Assembly (NCBI GenBank): GCA_918797485.1 | Contig: CAKKNE010000001.1 | Location: 5,642,001-5,706,000, forward strand | Source: Pelagomonas calceolata | Lineage: Eukaryota | Reading direction: 5' to 3' | DNA length: 64,000 nt | Part shown: positions 11,382 through 22,655 of the stretch, one piece after another | How the letters are laid out: each line of letters begins with the position of its first letter | Position numbering within the stretch: the first letter of the stretch is position 1 | Translations under genes and position numbers: made by a program | Notes under the pieces: generated by a model | Databases searched by the model: none | Told to the model about the DNA's origin: nothing | What the model saw: only the letters and a program-made list of their open reading frames with translations

Positions 11382-13370
11382 TCAGTAGCACGAGTCGGAG
11401 ACGTCCGGGTGCCCGGCCGCCGCCCAGGTCCGCGCCTCGTCCAACCCCTCCTTGCCGTCCGTCAGGTCGCGGCGTAGGCACGCGACCGGCTTGATCGGGC
11501 CCTCGGAGTAAGCGCCCGAGAACAGGTAGGCGGGCATCGCCTTCTTCTGCCAGCCTTCTTTCGGTAAAGCCAGGATCACGATTTCGTTCCACTTGTCGTA
11601 CGTGTTAATCCCGTTCACCACGTGGCGGTTGACCGTCATGGGGCTGCGACAGTGGCGGAAGCAGTCCCGCATCGTCGCGCAGGCCCAGAGCAGCTCGCCG
11701 CACCTCGAGTGCGGAACGTCGCTCTCGGGGTCGTCGCAGAGGGCCCGCAAGTTCAGGCCAAAGCTCATGATGATGTCGTGGTGGCGTTCCCAGTTGTACG
11801 CGGACGTGCAGTGGTAGCGGAAGTCCGGGTTGTCGTACTCCGAGTAGTCGCTACCGAACCTAACGTCCCACGGATGCATGACGTCGTCGTTGTCTCGAAT
11901 CACCTCCCAGAAGGGCCCGTAGTCTATGTACTTCTTTTTAGACTCGTCCTCGTCCAGCCAGCCGTCGGCGAGCGGCGGCCAGTCGAAGACGTACATCGCC
12001 TCCGTCCGCGCGTCGCGCGCCTCCTCCTTTGTATTGTAGAATACAGGGCTCGTCTGTCGACCTCGACCTCTTACAGCAAACTCCCAGAACCAGTAAAGCC
12101 TCCTGCTAATTTTAGACACATAACCGCCAACACCATTGAAATCTTCCTCGTCCGTCAAATAGACGTAAGTTTTAGGCGCTAGATGAGTCTCCTCGCCCTC
12201 CAACCCTTCGATAGAGCGCGCTTCGAGCTGATTCTTGAATTCTAGGTCATGGTAAAACGCCGTGGGGCAGTCGGGGCGGTCGACGTCGGCGCTCGAGAGA
12301 GTGTTGGTGTGAGGGCAGCGCAGCGCGTCGACCTCCTTGATTTTCTTGGAGACGGCGCGCCAGACCGTCCACCGTCCACTTCCGTCGCGCCACTCTATAT
12401 AAGTGTAGCGAAACGAGTTCGTCTCTGCGTCGTACAGGTCGTCGACGCCCTTCTCCAAGTGATCCGTCGTCCTGAGCGTTTCCTTATGATGCCGGACCCG
12501 TTGGGCGTAGAGGTCCAGCAGGTACTCGCGCACCCTTCGACGTTCACTAACTCCACCCTTGCCGGATGCGACGAAGACCTCCGTAGAAACGTCCATCTCG
12601 GGCGCTAATTCGACCGGGATGCCGAGCACGTTCGTTACGTCGAACTTGGTCCAGGCGACGACCTTGGCCTTGAGGTCTGACTCGGTGAGAGGAGTCGCCT
12701 CGTCGTACGCACCCGCCGCTTCCTTAATTTTGTTGACCAACTTCCTCTTCTCGCCGGTTTTTCCGATGAACTTCGCTGGATACGGCTTGCGAACGGCATC
12801 CTTGTCCATCTCGTTGCCCGCCGCGTCGAGGAACGTGACAAGCGTTGTTCTTGTCGTAATCAATTCAAGCTCCGGACCGTCGAGTTCGACGCGGAGATGG
12901 CCCGTATCTTGGAACTCCGCGACATAGCCAATGCGCCCGGTCGCCTTGATGCGCAGCTTCTGCCGGTTGTTGACCTCCTCTTCGACGTCGACTTCTTCGG
13001 CGTCGGCGCGGACGCAAAGCTTCTTGACGGCTGGTTCATCGCTCGCCTCGTTTTGTTGGGAGGACGTACCAAGTGCTACCCTCGGGGACGTGCCACCGCC
13101 CGGGCGCCATGTCGAGAGGTAGTTGGCGGCCGCGCCGAACGACGCGCCGGCCACCTCTAATCGGCGCCGCGGCGGGTCGTCCTCTTGAGACGTACCAACT
13201 TCCACTGACGAGCCGCCGCCCGGGCGAAATGTCGAGATGAAGTCGGCGGTGTCGCCGAACGACGCGCCGAGCTGGTTGAGTCGGCGCTGCTGCGGCTCGT
13301 CGTTGTCGTCGGTCATTCCCCGAGCCGTCGAGGCGACCGCGGCCAGCGCCAGGAGGCGTAGTATCTTCAT
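11382..13370 (-). CDS. Hypothetical secreted protein (662 aa) with a duplicated N-terminal motif
   Basis: Signal peptide MKILRLLALAAVASTARG; two copies of RRL...GASFG..A...ST.RPGGG. Confidence 0.7.
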   Translation of the reverse strand: MKILRLLALAAVASTARGMTDDNDEPQQRRLNQLGASFGDTADFISTFRPGGGSSVEVGTSQEDDPPRRRLEVAGASFGAAANYLSTWRPGGGTSPRVALGTSSQQNEASDEPAVKKLCVRADAEEVDVEEEVNNRQKLRIKATGRIGYVAEFQDTGHLRVELDGPELELITTRTTLVTFLDAAGNEMDKDAVRKPYPAKFIGKTGEKRKLVNKIKEAAGAYDEATPLTESDLKAKVVAWTKFDVTNVLGIPVELAPEMDVSTEVFVASGKGGVSERRRVREYLLDLYAQRVRHHKETLRTTDHLEKGVDDLYDAETNSFRYTYIEWRDGSGRWTVWRAVSKKIKEVDALRCPHTNTLSSADVDRPDCPTAFYHDLEFKNQLEARSIEGLEGEETHLAPKTYVYLTDEEDFNGVGGYVSKISRRLYWFWEFAVRGRGRQTSPVFYNTKEEARDARTEAMYVFDWPPLADGWLDEDESKKKYIDYGPFWEVIRDNDDVMHPWDVRFGSDYSEYDNPDFRYHCTSAYNWERHHDIIMSFGLNLRALCDDPESDVPHSRCGELLWACATMRDCFRHCRSPMTVNRHVVNGINTYDKWNEIVILALPKEGWQKKAMPAYLFSGAYSEGPIKPVACLRRDLTDGKEGLDEARTWAAAGHPDVSDSCY

Positions 13371-13518
13371 GGTGTAGCTTCTAGCTCGGCGCGGCGGTCC
13401 CTACTGATGCTCAGCGCTGCTTTGTTGTATGTTATCGAATCGATGTAGGCCCTTTTTTTAGAGCGCTGGCTGCCCAGCGCGCTGGCTAACTGCGATCGGT
13501 TTTAATCGCGTGATCACG

Positions 13519-13540
13519 CTAGCGGCCTGTAAGACACTAG
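13519..13540 (+). promoter_or_regulatory. CTAG-N14-CTAG motif copy (consensus)
   Basis: ctagcggcctgtaagacactag, 150 nt upstream of ATG 13370. Confidence 0.6.
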
Positions 13541-13662
13541 CATGCTCGACGGCCTCGACGCGAGCACGTTCCCGGACAGGGAGAATCGCGTACTTAAGGG
13601 CGCACCGCCGAGGATGAGGGGATGAGGGGAGGCGATGCGCACGGGCAGACCGTGCGAGGCAT

Positions 13663-14672
13663 CTACACCGCCATCGACGGCGTCGGCGAGACGACGGCGA
13701 CCGACCGCTCCACGCGCACCGGGGACGACGGCGCGGACGCCTTGGCCTCGGCGCGCGCGACAGCCACGAGCCGGCGCGCGGCGGCGCCGCGCGCGAACTG
13801 CTGGATGACCGTCGCGAGATGATCCCATAAGGCGAGCGACTCGGATACGCTGAGGCCGGACGTCGCCGCCCTGGCCGAACGCGACTGAGACATGAGCCTC
13901 GCGGCCGTCACGGCCGTCGTGGCCGCCCCGACACCCACCCCAACACCCACCCCAGCCTCGAACACTTCCTGCTCGTGCTCGGTGTCCGGCTGCGTCCCCT
14001 TGATGATGCCCTCGATCACCTTGTAGGGCAGGTCGACGAGCAAGAGCTTGGGGATCACGCAACGACCATCCATGAAGTAGTCGAGGACGAAGCTGCATAC
14101 GAAGAAGGCCGCCACGAGGATGTAGAAGATTTGGCTCCTCGCCTCGAGGAAGTCCCGCACCGCCGCACCTGTGCGTACAATTTTACGTGTGAATCGGGCG
14201 CCGTGAAATTTGATTTCCGCAAAATTTTGATTTCCGTGCGCGGCGTCGCGCCTCCGTACGACGACCATTCGAGCACCATCATCACAGCAATGGCGACATC
14301 AAGGACGAACCAAGCCATGTCGAGGATGAAAAGATTGACCTTCACATGCTCCCACGAAAACGCGGTTTTGCGAAACCACTTCGCTTCGGACTCGGCCAGT
14401 AGGAACGACCCCTTCTTGATCGCGGTAGCCCCGTCCTCGTCGAACAGGGAGTAGACACCCCACGCGACGACCAGCACGAGGGCCACGCACGCCACCGTCA
14501 CGTAGGCGGCTTTGTGGTACCCGAGCAATTTGATGACGTTAAAGAGGAAGAGGCTCGTGCGGGCGGCCGCACACACGGCAGCACTGATCACCGAGAGCTT
14601 CGATAACGTCGACGTGGCCTCGGGCGTCGATGCGGCGGAGGCCTGGCGCGCCGGCGCCGCGGTCGCGCTCAT
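13663..14672 (-). CDS. Hypothetical multi-pass membrane protein (GC-AG intron 14169-14251)
   Basis: Two ORFs join in frame as WSSYG-GAAVRDFLE; several TM segments. Confidence 0.7.
14169..14251 (-). mobile_element. Introner-derived GC-AG intron, 83 nt
   Basis: TSD GCGCGACG/GTGCGGCG; ggaaatcaaaatttt family sequence; ends gcacag. Confidence 0.8.
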
Positions 14673-15034
14673 TTTTGTGGCGTTTTTTAGTCGGTGCTTT
14701 TAGGGCTGGAATCGGCGGCGGCGCGGCGGCGGCGCGGCGGCGGGGCGTCCCGTTATCGTGCGGCGGCCGTGGGCTTGTGTCAGAGAGGACGCCAAAATGC
14801 GCCAGGCGCCACGAGCCCCAAGTTAGGTTCGAAAAAATTACCGGTCAAAACCCGCGCTGTACTAGATGCTATCCTTCGTCGGGGAGCCGTACCTCGATGC
14901 GGCCGTCGCCGACCTCGTCGCGCTCATGGAGGGCTCCGCCTGAGCAACCACCCTTCTTCCCTCCCTCCCCGCACGCCCTTGTCTATCTATAGCCCAACGT
15001 TGCGTGTAAACAACAAAACACAATGTACAAACTA

Positions 15035-16368
15035 CTAGTCCTCCAACTTCACCGGCAACGCCGCGAGGACAGCGAGGGGCAGTTTCTCCGGCGAGGCATC
15101 TCCGCGCCGTCGCAGGTAGTAGTGCTGCTCCGCTTCGGGCGCGGGCTGGAATGGGGCGTCAGCAGAGAGTACCGGCGTCGCGACGGCGCAGCCTGCCGCT
15201 TGATTAACTCGCGCGCGCACTGTCTCGGCCGTCGCGCGTTGTTGGCCGTCGAGCGCGTAGATCTCGCAGCGATATTTTCCTCCAGGCCCCTTTTCGCCAG
15301 CGGCGCGGAAAGTTGACGGGTCGTGGGAGGCAAAAAACAACTCGACAAGTTCCTCGTACCTGCGATCAGCGATGTTCGCGGCGACGAATGTGCGCGGCAA
15401 CTGCATGGAGGGAGAAGCGAACACTGACAAGCTAACGAGACAACGTGCGGATCGTACCTTAGCTCGACGGCCTCGGCGCCGTTCACAAAACCGGCCGTCG
15501 TCGAGAGGACCCCGGGGACCTTACTGAAAAGGTCTTGCACGTGCCAGTAGCAGCCCATGGCGAAGCGAGCCGTCAAAAGTTCTCGCCGTCCCAGGACATG
15601 CGCAAGCGACGGCGGCACGTCAGCGGACGCCACGGGCCGAGGTATCCGGTTGACGGTCAGCGCCGCCGCGTTTATGCAGTAGCGAGTCCGCGTGCCCTCC
15701 GCTATCGCATGACCAAGATGAGTGCGACTCGCGGCGCACAGCACCTCGCGCTCGCCTCCATCTGGCCTGTAGATGACGTGCTCCTCACTGATCGGCCGCG
15801 CGAAGGACGGCCAGCCCGTCGTCGACGCCACAAGATCTTCAGAAGCAAAAACGGGCAGGCCCGACGCGGCGCAGCAGAACAAGATGGGTCCCTCGAGGTC
15901 CTGTACCTCGGTCCACGCGACGCCGTCGGCAGTGACACCAGAATGGGGCTTCTCGGTCTCGCCGCGCAGCAGCACGTCGGCCGACGCTTCAGATAAGCCC
16001 GCGACGTCCGGTGGCCGAGGCGTTATGTCAAACCCTAGCGACGAAATCACCAGCGGCCCGTCGCCCGCTTGGGCATCGGTCGTAAACGCGGGAACATAAG
16101 CAGCGCCGTCGCCGACGAAGTCCTCGGCACTCTCATCGTTGGCGTCGGCCCCCGGCCTACTTATCACGCCCCAGCCGCGGGCCTCGAGGAAATTTTCTTG
16201 TGAACCGTCCGGGTCGAACCACGTCGGCCCGTCTCCCTCGACCAGCTTGTACATACCCGTCGCAGGGACGAACTTGTACGCGTTGCCATCGCGCTCGAGG
16301 CGCATCGGCCGCGCGGACAGACCGTCACATTGCGCCACGCATAACAAAACAAGCGTCTGCCGAAGCAT
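15035..16368 (-). CDS. msrBA: Methionine sulfoxide reductase MsrB-MsrA fusion with signal peptide (intron 15360-15436)
   Basis: MsrB motifs GWPSF, HLGH, RYCIN; MsrA motifs FAMGCYW, EAVELRYDP..VSYEELV, AE..QHYY. Confidence 0.88.
15360..15436 (-). other. Canonical GT-AG intron, 77 nt, no clear introner similarity
   Basis: gttagc...gatcgcag; removal restores VVSYEEL. Confidence 0.8.
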
Positions 16369-16801
16369 GGGACCTGCGTGTGTACACCGGTTGCGAAACA
16401 GACCGCCGGGTGTTGCGCGCGGCCACATTAGAATACCGGAGGAGTGCTCTTCCACAGATTGTGTAACGGAACACGACGGCCGCTGGAGTTGGCCGCCGCG
16501 CTCTTGGCTTGTGGGTTTTTTGCTTCTTGCGTTTTTGCTTGCATTTTTGTTTTTGCACTGGTCGCGTACCTTCTTTTCGATATGTATGCGATCGCGAGTG
16601 GCTCGAGCGCGTAACCCTACGCTGCTGCACAGTCTGCACCCTTGCAGCGTCACTGCAACGCGTTTGTAGACGCAGCGCTTCGCCGCTGGGGCCGCGCACA
16701 GCGCTCCTGGAGTGCAGCAAAAACTGCGGTAGCAATTGCACTATCAACAAGCCTTCATAGCACGCGTACGCATGCGCAAAATCGCGATGAGCTTGCGCTT
16801 C

Positions 16802-16823
16802 CTAGTGTCTTACACGACGCTAG
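16802..16823 (-). promoter_or_regulatory. CTAG-N14-CTAG motif copy
   Basis: ctagtgtcttacacgacgctag, between divergent genes. Confidence 0.55.
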
Positions 16824-16944
16824 CTGCCAGTTTGCTCGACGTACATCGCGTAGGGCCCAAACGCGTGGGGCCCAAATGAGGAAAAACGCCGAGAGACGCG
16901 GGGTATTACACACTTACGGAGCCGACGCAGATTGATTGGAGACG

Positions 16945-18529
16945 ATGCTACGTCTGGCATTGCCAAGGCTCATCCTGCTCAGGGTCCTGGTCGCGCAAAG
17001 CGCCGCGCACACAAATGACCACTGCTCCTGCCACAGCGTGAAGTCCAAGACTTTCACGCGACTCATGTTCGAGCGCGGGTTCCGCGCGGCGGCGGCGCAT
17101 CGCGCCCCGAGCAATCTCAAGCTCTCGCCGCCGCCGCGGCGCGACCTGATGAAGCCGGTACTCGAGGAGCTCTGGCGCTCGCTCCGAGCGGAGCGACGAC
17201 AGGTCACGACCGCCGATGGCGCGGCGCGAGAACTGGCGCGAGCCCTGAATGAGACGGGCGATTGGGTCTTGGTCTACAATAATAGAGTTTACGTGCCGAC
17301 TGAGTTTTATCACGCCGCAGACCATGCTCGCCACGTGACGATGATCCGCGAGTCCGCGGCGCTCCTTGGTCTGCCGAACGCTATCTACGCCGTAAACACG
17401 GGAACCCGCGGACCAAGCGGCTGCAACGGCCGGCCCGTCTCGCTCACGATCAACAAACAGTCAGGCTACGAACAGTGCGGCGTTCTCATTCCAAACATTT
17501 TTTTCGATAATACCCACGGCTCTTTGATACGGTGGGCACGGGAGACCGAGGCGGTGTCGCACGACGCCGTTCCGTTCCGCGAGCGGCGCCCCGTTGCGTT
17601 TTTTCGTGGGTCGCTCCACCACGATACGTGGGATACCGATGAGGCCTGCGCTTCTACGGCATTTGGCAACTACGCCCGCCTGCAAGCCTTCGCCGCTGCG
17701 GTGGAGCATCCGGACCTCGTCGACGCCGCCTGCGTTGACGGCGGCGATACAAAAACGAAGTGTCGCGTGCCGCCGCCGCAGTGCGTTGGTTCCGTGGAGG
17801 ACTATAACAGCGGCCTCGCGGAGGGCGAGGACGTGCACGGAGAACATGCACGCTTCGACACGTTCCGGCGCTCGAAGTACTTGCTCCTGCTACCTGGTGC
17901 GTTCACTGGCTCCTATTCCAAAAACGCCAACCACTTGTGCGAACAGTGCCCGCTGTGCTTTTCCCTAACTCCTCACTGGTTGATTTACACATAGGTGGCG
18001 AACTGGCGGTGTCGTATTGCGGTGGGTCGCCCCGTACGTCGAATGGTACACTCCAGCGCTCGTGCCTGGCGCCAATTATCTCGACGTGTCGCGCCACTCC
18101 GTCGCCGAAACGGTGCGCGCGCTCGAGGCAAATCCGGCGGCGGCGGAGGCCATCGGGAGGGCAGGACGGGAGATACACGATCAATTACTATGTCCTCTGT
18201 GCCTCGCTAATTGGTTGAGAACGACGCTCGAAGCGTACCACGAGCACCTGGGTTTAGAGCTCGTGCTCGGCCATCCAGCAGAAGCATCAAAATTCTTCCG
18301 CGCACATCTCCCCTGCGACCGCATGATCGAGGTGATGCGGGAAGGGCATCCTCGCGCGCGGCCGATGAACGCCGACGACCCGTTCCATCCTTGCCGTCGG
18401 GGCGGACCATTGGCGAACGGGAGCTGGTGGTCGGCGGACCACGCGGCGGCGTCGGAGCAGCTCCGGCAGGCCGAAGCGGGCGAGGCGCCGCTCGGAGGGA
18501 CGGCTCGAAAGCATCTTGGTCTGAGCTAA
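16945..18529 (+). CDS. CAP10 / GT90-like glycosyltransferase (intron 17937-17994)
   Basis: Signal peptide; PF.ERRPVAFFRGS, SKYLLLLPG, EWY.PALVPG.NY motifs. Confidence 0.75.
17937..17994 (+). mobile_element. Short introner-derived GT-AG intron, 58 nt, reverse orientation
   Basis: 3' end ctcactggttgatttacacatag matches the family end; flanks gtgcgaac/gtggcgaac. Confidence 0.7.
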
Positions 18530-18543
18530 CAATTTTTCGATCC

Positions 18544-19578
18544 TTACTCCCCCTTCTTCGCCTCCGACGCCGCCGGCTTGAAGAACCGCAGGACCGACCC
18601 CGGCGTCGGCCAGAGCGCCGGGACCCGCTCGGCGTAGGCCATCCAGGCCTTGATGCGCTCGCGACGCATCGCCACGTGCCTATCTAAAAGCGGAATGTCC
18701 ACGGACGCGTCGCCGAAGCAAACAATGAGGGGCCCCAGCGCCGTCGGGCAGAAGCCGCCATTCGCGCAGCAGGCGGCACCAGCCAGCGCGAGCCACCAGA
18801 GGTGCTCCCCGAGGCGGTTCGGGTGGCGGCTCAGCCGCCAGAGGCCCTCGGTGTAGACCGGCGGCTTTTTCTTGTCCGCCGAGCGGATATACGTTAGCAA
18901 TTCCTCGTCGGCCTTGAAGGCGAGGGCGAGGCCGACCAGGGCGACCGCGAGCGCCCCCGTGTCGGCGAGGCCGAGCGGCGCATCCACATTTAACGCGGCG
19001 ACGTCGTCACTCTCGTCCTCGAAGGACGGCAGGAACGGCACACCGGCGCCCGCGAAGCCCGCGAGGCTCCGCAGCGGCAAACAACGCGCGCACGCGGCGC
19101 CCTGCTCGGCGATGAACGCCACGGGCAGCGACGCGGCGGGCCACCATTTCCCGAAGGCCTCGCGCAGGTCCGCCCGGCGCCAGTCCTCTTTTGAGCTCAG
19201 CGCCCACTCGTAGCGCCGGCCGTGCGCGCGGAAGAGGCGCAGCGCCCACATGATTATTAGTGCCGCGCCGATGACCATGCGTTCCGAATGGACCGCCCGC
19301 GGGTGCGAGAGGTAGTAGAGCTGTATGCTGATAGGAAGGAGCGGCCGCGCCGCGTCGAGGAGCCACGTCGAGCCCGCGACGAGCGAGTGGGCCCAGAAGC
19401 CGAGGACGTAGGTGAGAAAGATTAACGTATGCAGCGTCAGCGTCGGGTGGGCCAGGTAGCCGTGGCAGACGCCCTCCTCCGATTCGCGCGCCTCCTCCGA
19501 TTCGCACGCGAGGCGCAGCGCCCACGTCGCGGCGACGAGCGGCGCGGCCGCGAGCGTTAGTACTACGCTGTCGCGCAT
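18544..19578 (-). CDS. DUF1295 / steroid 5-alpha-reductase-like membrane protein
   Basis: WALRL, EDWR, ADEEL and GLWRLSRHPN.LGE motifs. Confidence 0.85.
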   Translation of the reverse strand: MRDSVVLTLAAAPLVAATWALRLACESEEARESEEGVCHGYLAHPTLTLHTLIFLTYVLGFWAHSLVAGSTWLLDAARPLLPISIQLYYLSHPRAVHSERMVIGAALIIMWALRLFRAHGRRYEWALSSKEDWRRADLREAFGKWWPAASLPVAFIAEQGAACARCLPLRSLAGFAGAGVPFLPSFEDESDDVAALNVDAPLGLADTGALAVALVGLALAFKADEELLTYIRSADKKKPPVYTEGLWRLSRHPNRLGEHLWWLALAGAACCANGGFCPTALGPLIVCFGDASVDIPLLDRHVAMRRERIKAWMAYAERVPALWPTPGSVLRFFKPAASEAKKGE

Positions 19579-19781
19579 GGTCTGATGCTACCGCCGCTGA
19601 GGAAATAAAGGTTCACGTCGGCGAGCGTCCAGGTATGCGCGTCGGCCGGCGCTCTAAGATTTGAGCGCGCCTCGTGCCAGGCTATCAAACCTGGAGGTGG
19701 GGGCGCGTCGTTGTCGAGCTTGGTGCCGCTGGAATCGAGGGTGGCGTGGCACTTGATACTGAATCCTTCTTCGTCTGTCAT
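19563..19781 (-). CDS. Small hypothetical protein (72 aa) overlapping the DUF1295 start
   Basis: ATG 19781 gives MTDEEGF...WTLADVNLYFLSGG; lies just downstream of a CTAG motif. Confidence 0.35.
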   Translation of the reverse strand: MTDEEGFSIKCHATLDSSGTKLDNDAPPPPGLIAWHEARSNLRAPADAHTWTLADVNLYFLSGGSIRPCATA

Positions 19782-19839
19782 GCGGGGGCAGCGGGAGGCA
19801 GCGCAGGAGCGAGGAATCCTTTTGGGAGAGGCCTTCGAG

Positions 19840-19862
19840 CTAGCATCTGTAAGACACACTAG
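19840..19862 (+). promoter_or_regulatory. CTAG-N-CTAG motif copy
   Basis: ctagcatctgtaagacacactag, between divergent genes. Confidence 0.55.
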
Positions 19863-20078
19863 CATGCAAGCAGCAGCGTAGACTCAGTGAGGCGTAGCTC
19901 GGTACCTGCAGGGCTATTGATCGTGTACGAGCACCATTACACTCACAGATCACGGCCACAACACCACCTGGAACCACAAGTCACGCCTCGCGCCAGAAGC
20001 CGAGCATAGAGTGATACCACTGAGGCACGCTTTGCAGCCCTCGGACGTCGACGCGCACGTCTCGAAATAGACGCAACG

Positions 20079-21394
20079 ATGCCATCGGACACCGACACCA
20101 CCGTCGGCCTCGTGCTGCTCAACGTCGTCATGTACGCGTTCGCCTATCAACTGCAGCGCCCGGTCGAGCCGTTCCTGATAAAAAGTCTTAGCGAGGGCGC
20201 CGACGCCAAGACCGTGGCGAAGACGTACGGCCGCCTGCAGTCCTTCTTCCAGGCCGCGCAGACCATCGGCTCGCCCATCGTGGGCGCGCTGCTGGACAAA
20301 ATCGGCGCGCGCTACTGCAGCGTGATCGTCTTTCTGGCGTCGGCGTCGTCCTACGCGATCCTGGCCTCCTCGACGACGCTGTCGCATCTGTTTTTGTCGA
20401 AGCTCGCGGCGACGCTGCAAGCTGGGTTCCTGGTCGCGCAAGCTGGCGTCGCCGCCGCGACTGCCACGGCGCCGCCCACCGTCCGAGCCGCGGCGCTCGG
20501 CCGCCTGACCACCGCGTATACGATCGGAGCTACGGTGGGGCCAACCGTGGGCGGTTATCTGGGAACGACCGGAGACCTCTATCGAGGCGCGAGGCTAGCG
20601 GTCGGCGTCTCGCTGCTCTCTACCCTGCTATCACTTGGATTGCCAAAGGGTACGTGGGTGCGGAAAGACAGCGATAAGACGAGCACCGGCATCTGGCGCT
20701 CCTTCGAGATCGCGCGGCGGCCGAACGTGCGAGGACTGCTCCTGGTGAAGGTGCTGGGCTCCGTCGCGTCGTCGATGTATGGCACGACCTACCCGCTCGT
20801 GCTGACCACGGACCTCGGCCTCAACGCCCAGACGCTCGGATTTTTCATGAGCGCCTCGTCGATCGCGGTCGCGATACTGGGCGCGTTCGGGATGGCGCCT
20901 TTGGTCGGTTTTTTCGGGCCTCGTCGGTTAGCCCGCTACGGCCTCGCGGCGCGCGCGGGACTCGTGCTTCTATTCTCGGTCCTCGTCGGGTATGCAGCGG
21001 ATGCATACGGTACCGAGCAGGCCTTGGCGCATAGGACGACGTACGTGTGTTGGCCGTGTCAGACCCACCCCGCGTCATCAAGATGACATCGATGTCCACG
21101 CAGGTGTGCCACGCGTCGGTGTTACATGCGCTCGCGGCTCACGTCCTGGCGACTTCGCTCACGACGCAGACGACTGGGCTGGTCGCAGCCGACGAACAGG
21201 GGGCATTATTGGGCCTTGAGCACGCTTTGTTTGCCGGCGCGCGCGTCGTAGGTCCTATCATGGGTACGTCTTTGCTCGCGGCCGGTGGGGTCAAAACAGT
21301 CGCTGTCGTCTGCGCCGTCGTCGACGTGGCGCTCGCGCTGACACTGCGCGACGGCTCCGCGAAGGAGGCCGCGGAGGAGGAGAAGACGAACTAG
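20079..21394 (+). CDS. MFS transporter, TetA/SLC22A18-like (intron 21045-21103)
   Basis: G.LLDKIGAR motif A, GATVGPTVGG motif C, about 12 TM segments. Confidence 0.88.
21045..21103 (+). mobile_element. GT-AG intron, 59 nt, probably a decayed introner
   Basis: Flanks GTGTGTTG/GTGTGCCA; ends gatgtccacgcag; removal restores frame. Confidence 0.55.
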
Positions 21395-21446
21395 CTAGGA
21401 ATAAGTATCTTTTGTGAATTTCCGATAGAATTACGGTGCAAACTAC

Positions 21447-21468
21447 CTAGCGGCTTGTAAGACACTAG
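21447..21468 (+). promoter_or_regulatory. CTAG-N14-CTAG motif copy
   Basis: ctagcggcttgtaagacactag, 100 nt upstream of ATG 21568. Confidence 0.6.
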
Positions 21469-21567
21469 CATGGGGCTGCCCAGCGCCTGTGTGCCGTCGA
21501 CGCGGCCCTATTGCTGCCCCGGCCGCGCATGCGTCATATAACTGCAAGACCTCGAGGCTGCCCACCG

Positions 21568-22614
21568 ATGCTGGTGTTTCTGCTCGCTACGGCCGCGGCA
21601 CAAGAGGAGACGCCCATCGGCCGCTACCTCGCCTACCAGCGGCGCGCGCTCGACGAAATTGGAGGGACCTGCGCATTCAAGCGCTTCCTGCTGAAGCATG
21701 ATCAGAACTGCGCCGGGGTTACAGACAGACCCGCGCCGTACGCGCCGCTCTCCACTGCGCGCCGCCGCCTGCAGCAACAACGCTGCATCAGGCCCCTCTT
21801 CGTGACGGGCTGCGGCGGCTCGGGCACGCACTTCGTGGCGTCGTTCCTGGCGGCCACGCGAAAGCTCGGCAAAGTAGCTCACGAGGACCCGTCACCAACA
21901 AGCAAGGTGCTCGTGTCCTGGGCGGCGCGCTACGGCCCCGCGTTACTGGACCACCAAAATATGTATGGGAAATGGGGCGTGCCCAAACAACAACTGAGAC
22001 CGCCGATGGTCGCGTGGGCCCGTCATCAAGGACGGGCGCCCTGCACGTATCGGGTCGTGGCGCACGTCGTGCGGCACCCGCTCAAAGTGCTCTCTTCGTC
22101 AGTAGCCTTCGGCCAGTGCGTCGAGTGCTGGTTACATGTGGACGAGTTCACGGTGCCGCCCATGGCGCAGGCGGCGCCGAACCGTTCGTTGGTGGATCTG
22201 ACGAGAGCGACGCGCCTCGCGATCTTAGGCAACCGCGCGACGCACCGTGCGCGACCCCAGGGCGGCCGGGCCTGGCCGCAACATTCCATCGATTCTATAC
22301 TAAAGGGCTTCGGCCTCTACTGGCTCGCCTGGAACGCCATGATCGAGCGCGTCGCCGACTTTCGGTTTCAGATCGAGAAGGCCGACTACGAAAAGTTGTG
22401 CGTCGCGGCCGGGGCCTCAATCGAGCAGTGCCGCGCGGGCGTCGCGGCCGCGCGCCAGGCCGCGGCGACCTTCGAGAAGGGCAAGCACGGCGGCGACACG
22501 ATGCGCGTCACGTGGGCGCGGCTTGATGAGTTGGATGCGGATCTGTCCGCGCGCGTCTGGGCGCTGGCGCGGCGCTACGGCTACGACCGCGAGCCGCCCG
22601 CGCGGCCCAGTTAA
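21568..22614 (+). CDS. Sulfotransferase-like P-loop protein, secreted or Golgi
   Basis: Signal peptide; LFVTGCGGSGTHFV (5'-PSB-like) and HVVRHPL (3'-PB-like). Confidence 0.65.
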   Translation: MLVFLLATAAAQEETPIGRYLAYQRRALDEIGGTCAFKRFLLKHDQNCAGVTDRPAPYAPLSTARRRLQQQRCIRPLFVTGCGGSGTHFVASFLAATRKLGKVAHEDPSPTSKVLVSWAARYGPALLDHQNMYGKWGVPKQQLRPPMVAWARHQGRAPCTYRVVAHVVRHPLKVLSSSVAFGQCVECWLHVDEFTVPPMAQAAPNRSLVDLTRATRLAILGNRATHRARPQGGRAWPQHSIDSILKGFGLYWLAWNAMIERVADFRFQIEKADYEKLCVAAGASIEQCRAGVAAARQAAATFEKGKHGGDTMRVTWARLDELDADLSARVWALARRYGYDREPPARPS

Positions 22615-22655
22615 TAGTTCTTTGTGTTCGTAACAATCTTAGCACATATAGCCCC

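Noticed and set aside
11382..13370. Possible autonomous transposase for the introners
   Set aside because: It has a signal peptide, no recognisable DDE/hAT motifs and no flanking family TIRs.
15049..15360. Arg-rich C-terminus of the 534-aa ORF
   Set aside because: Artefact of reading through the 77-nt intron; the real MsrA continues in the frame ending at 15035.
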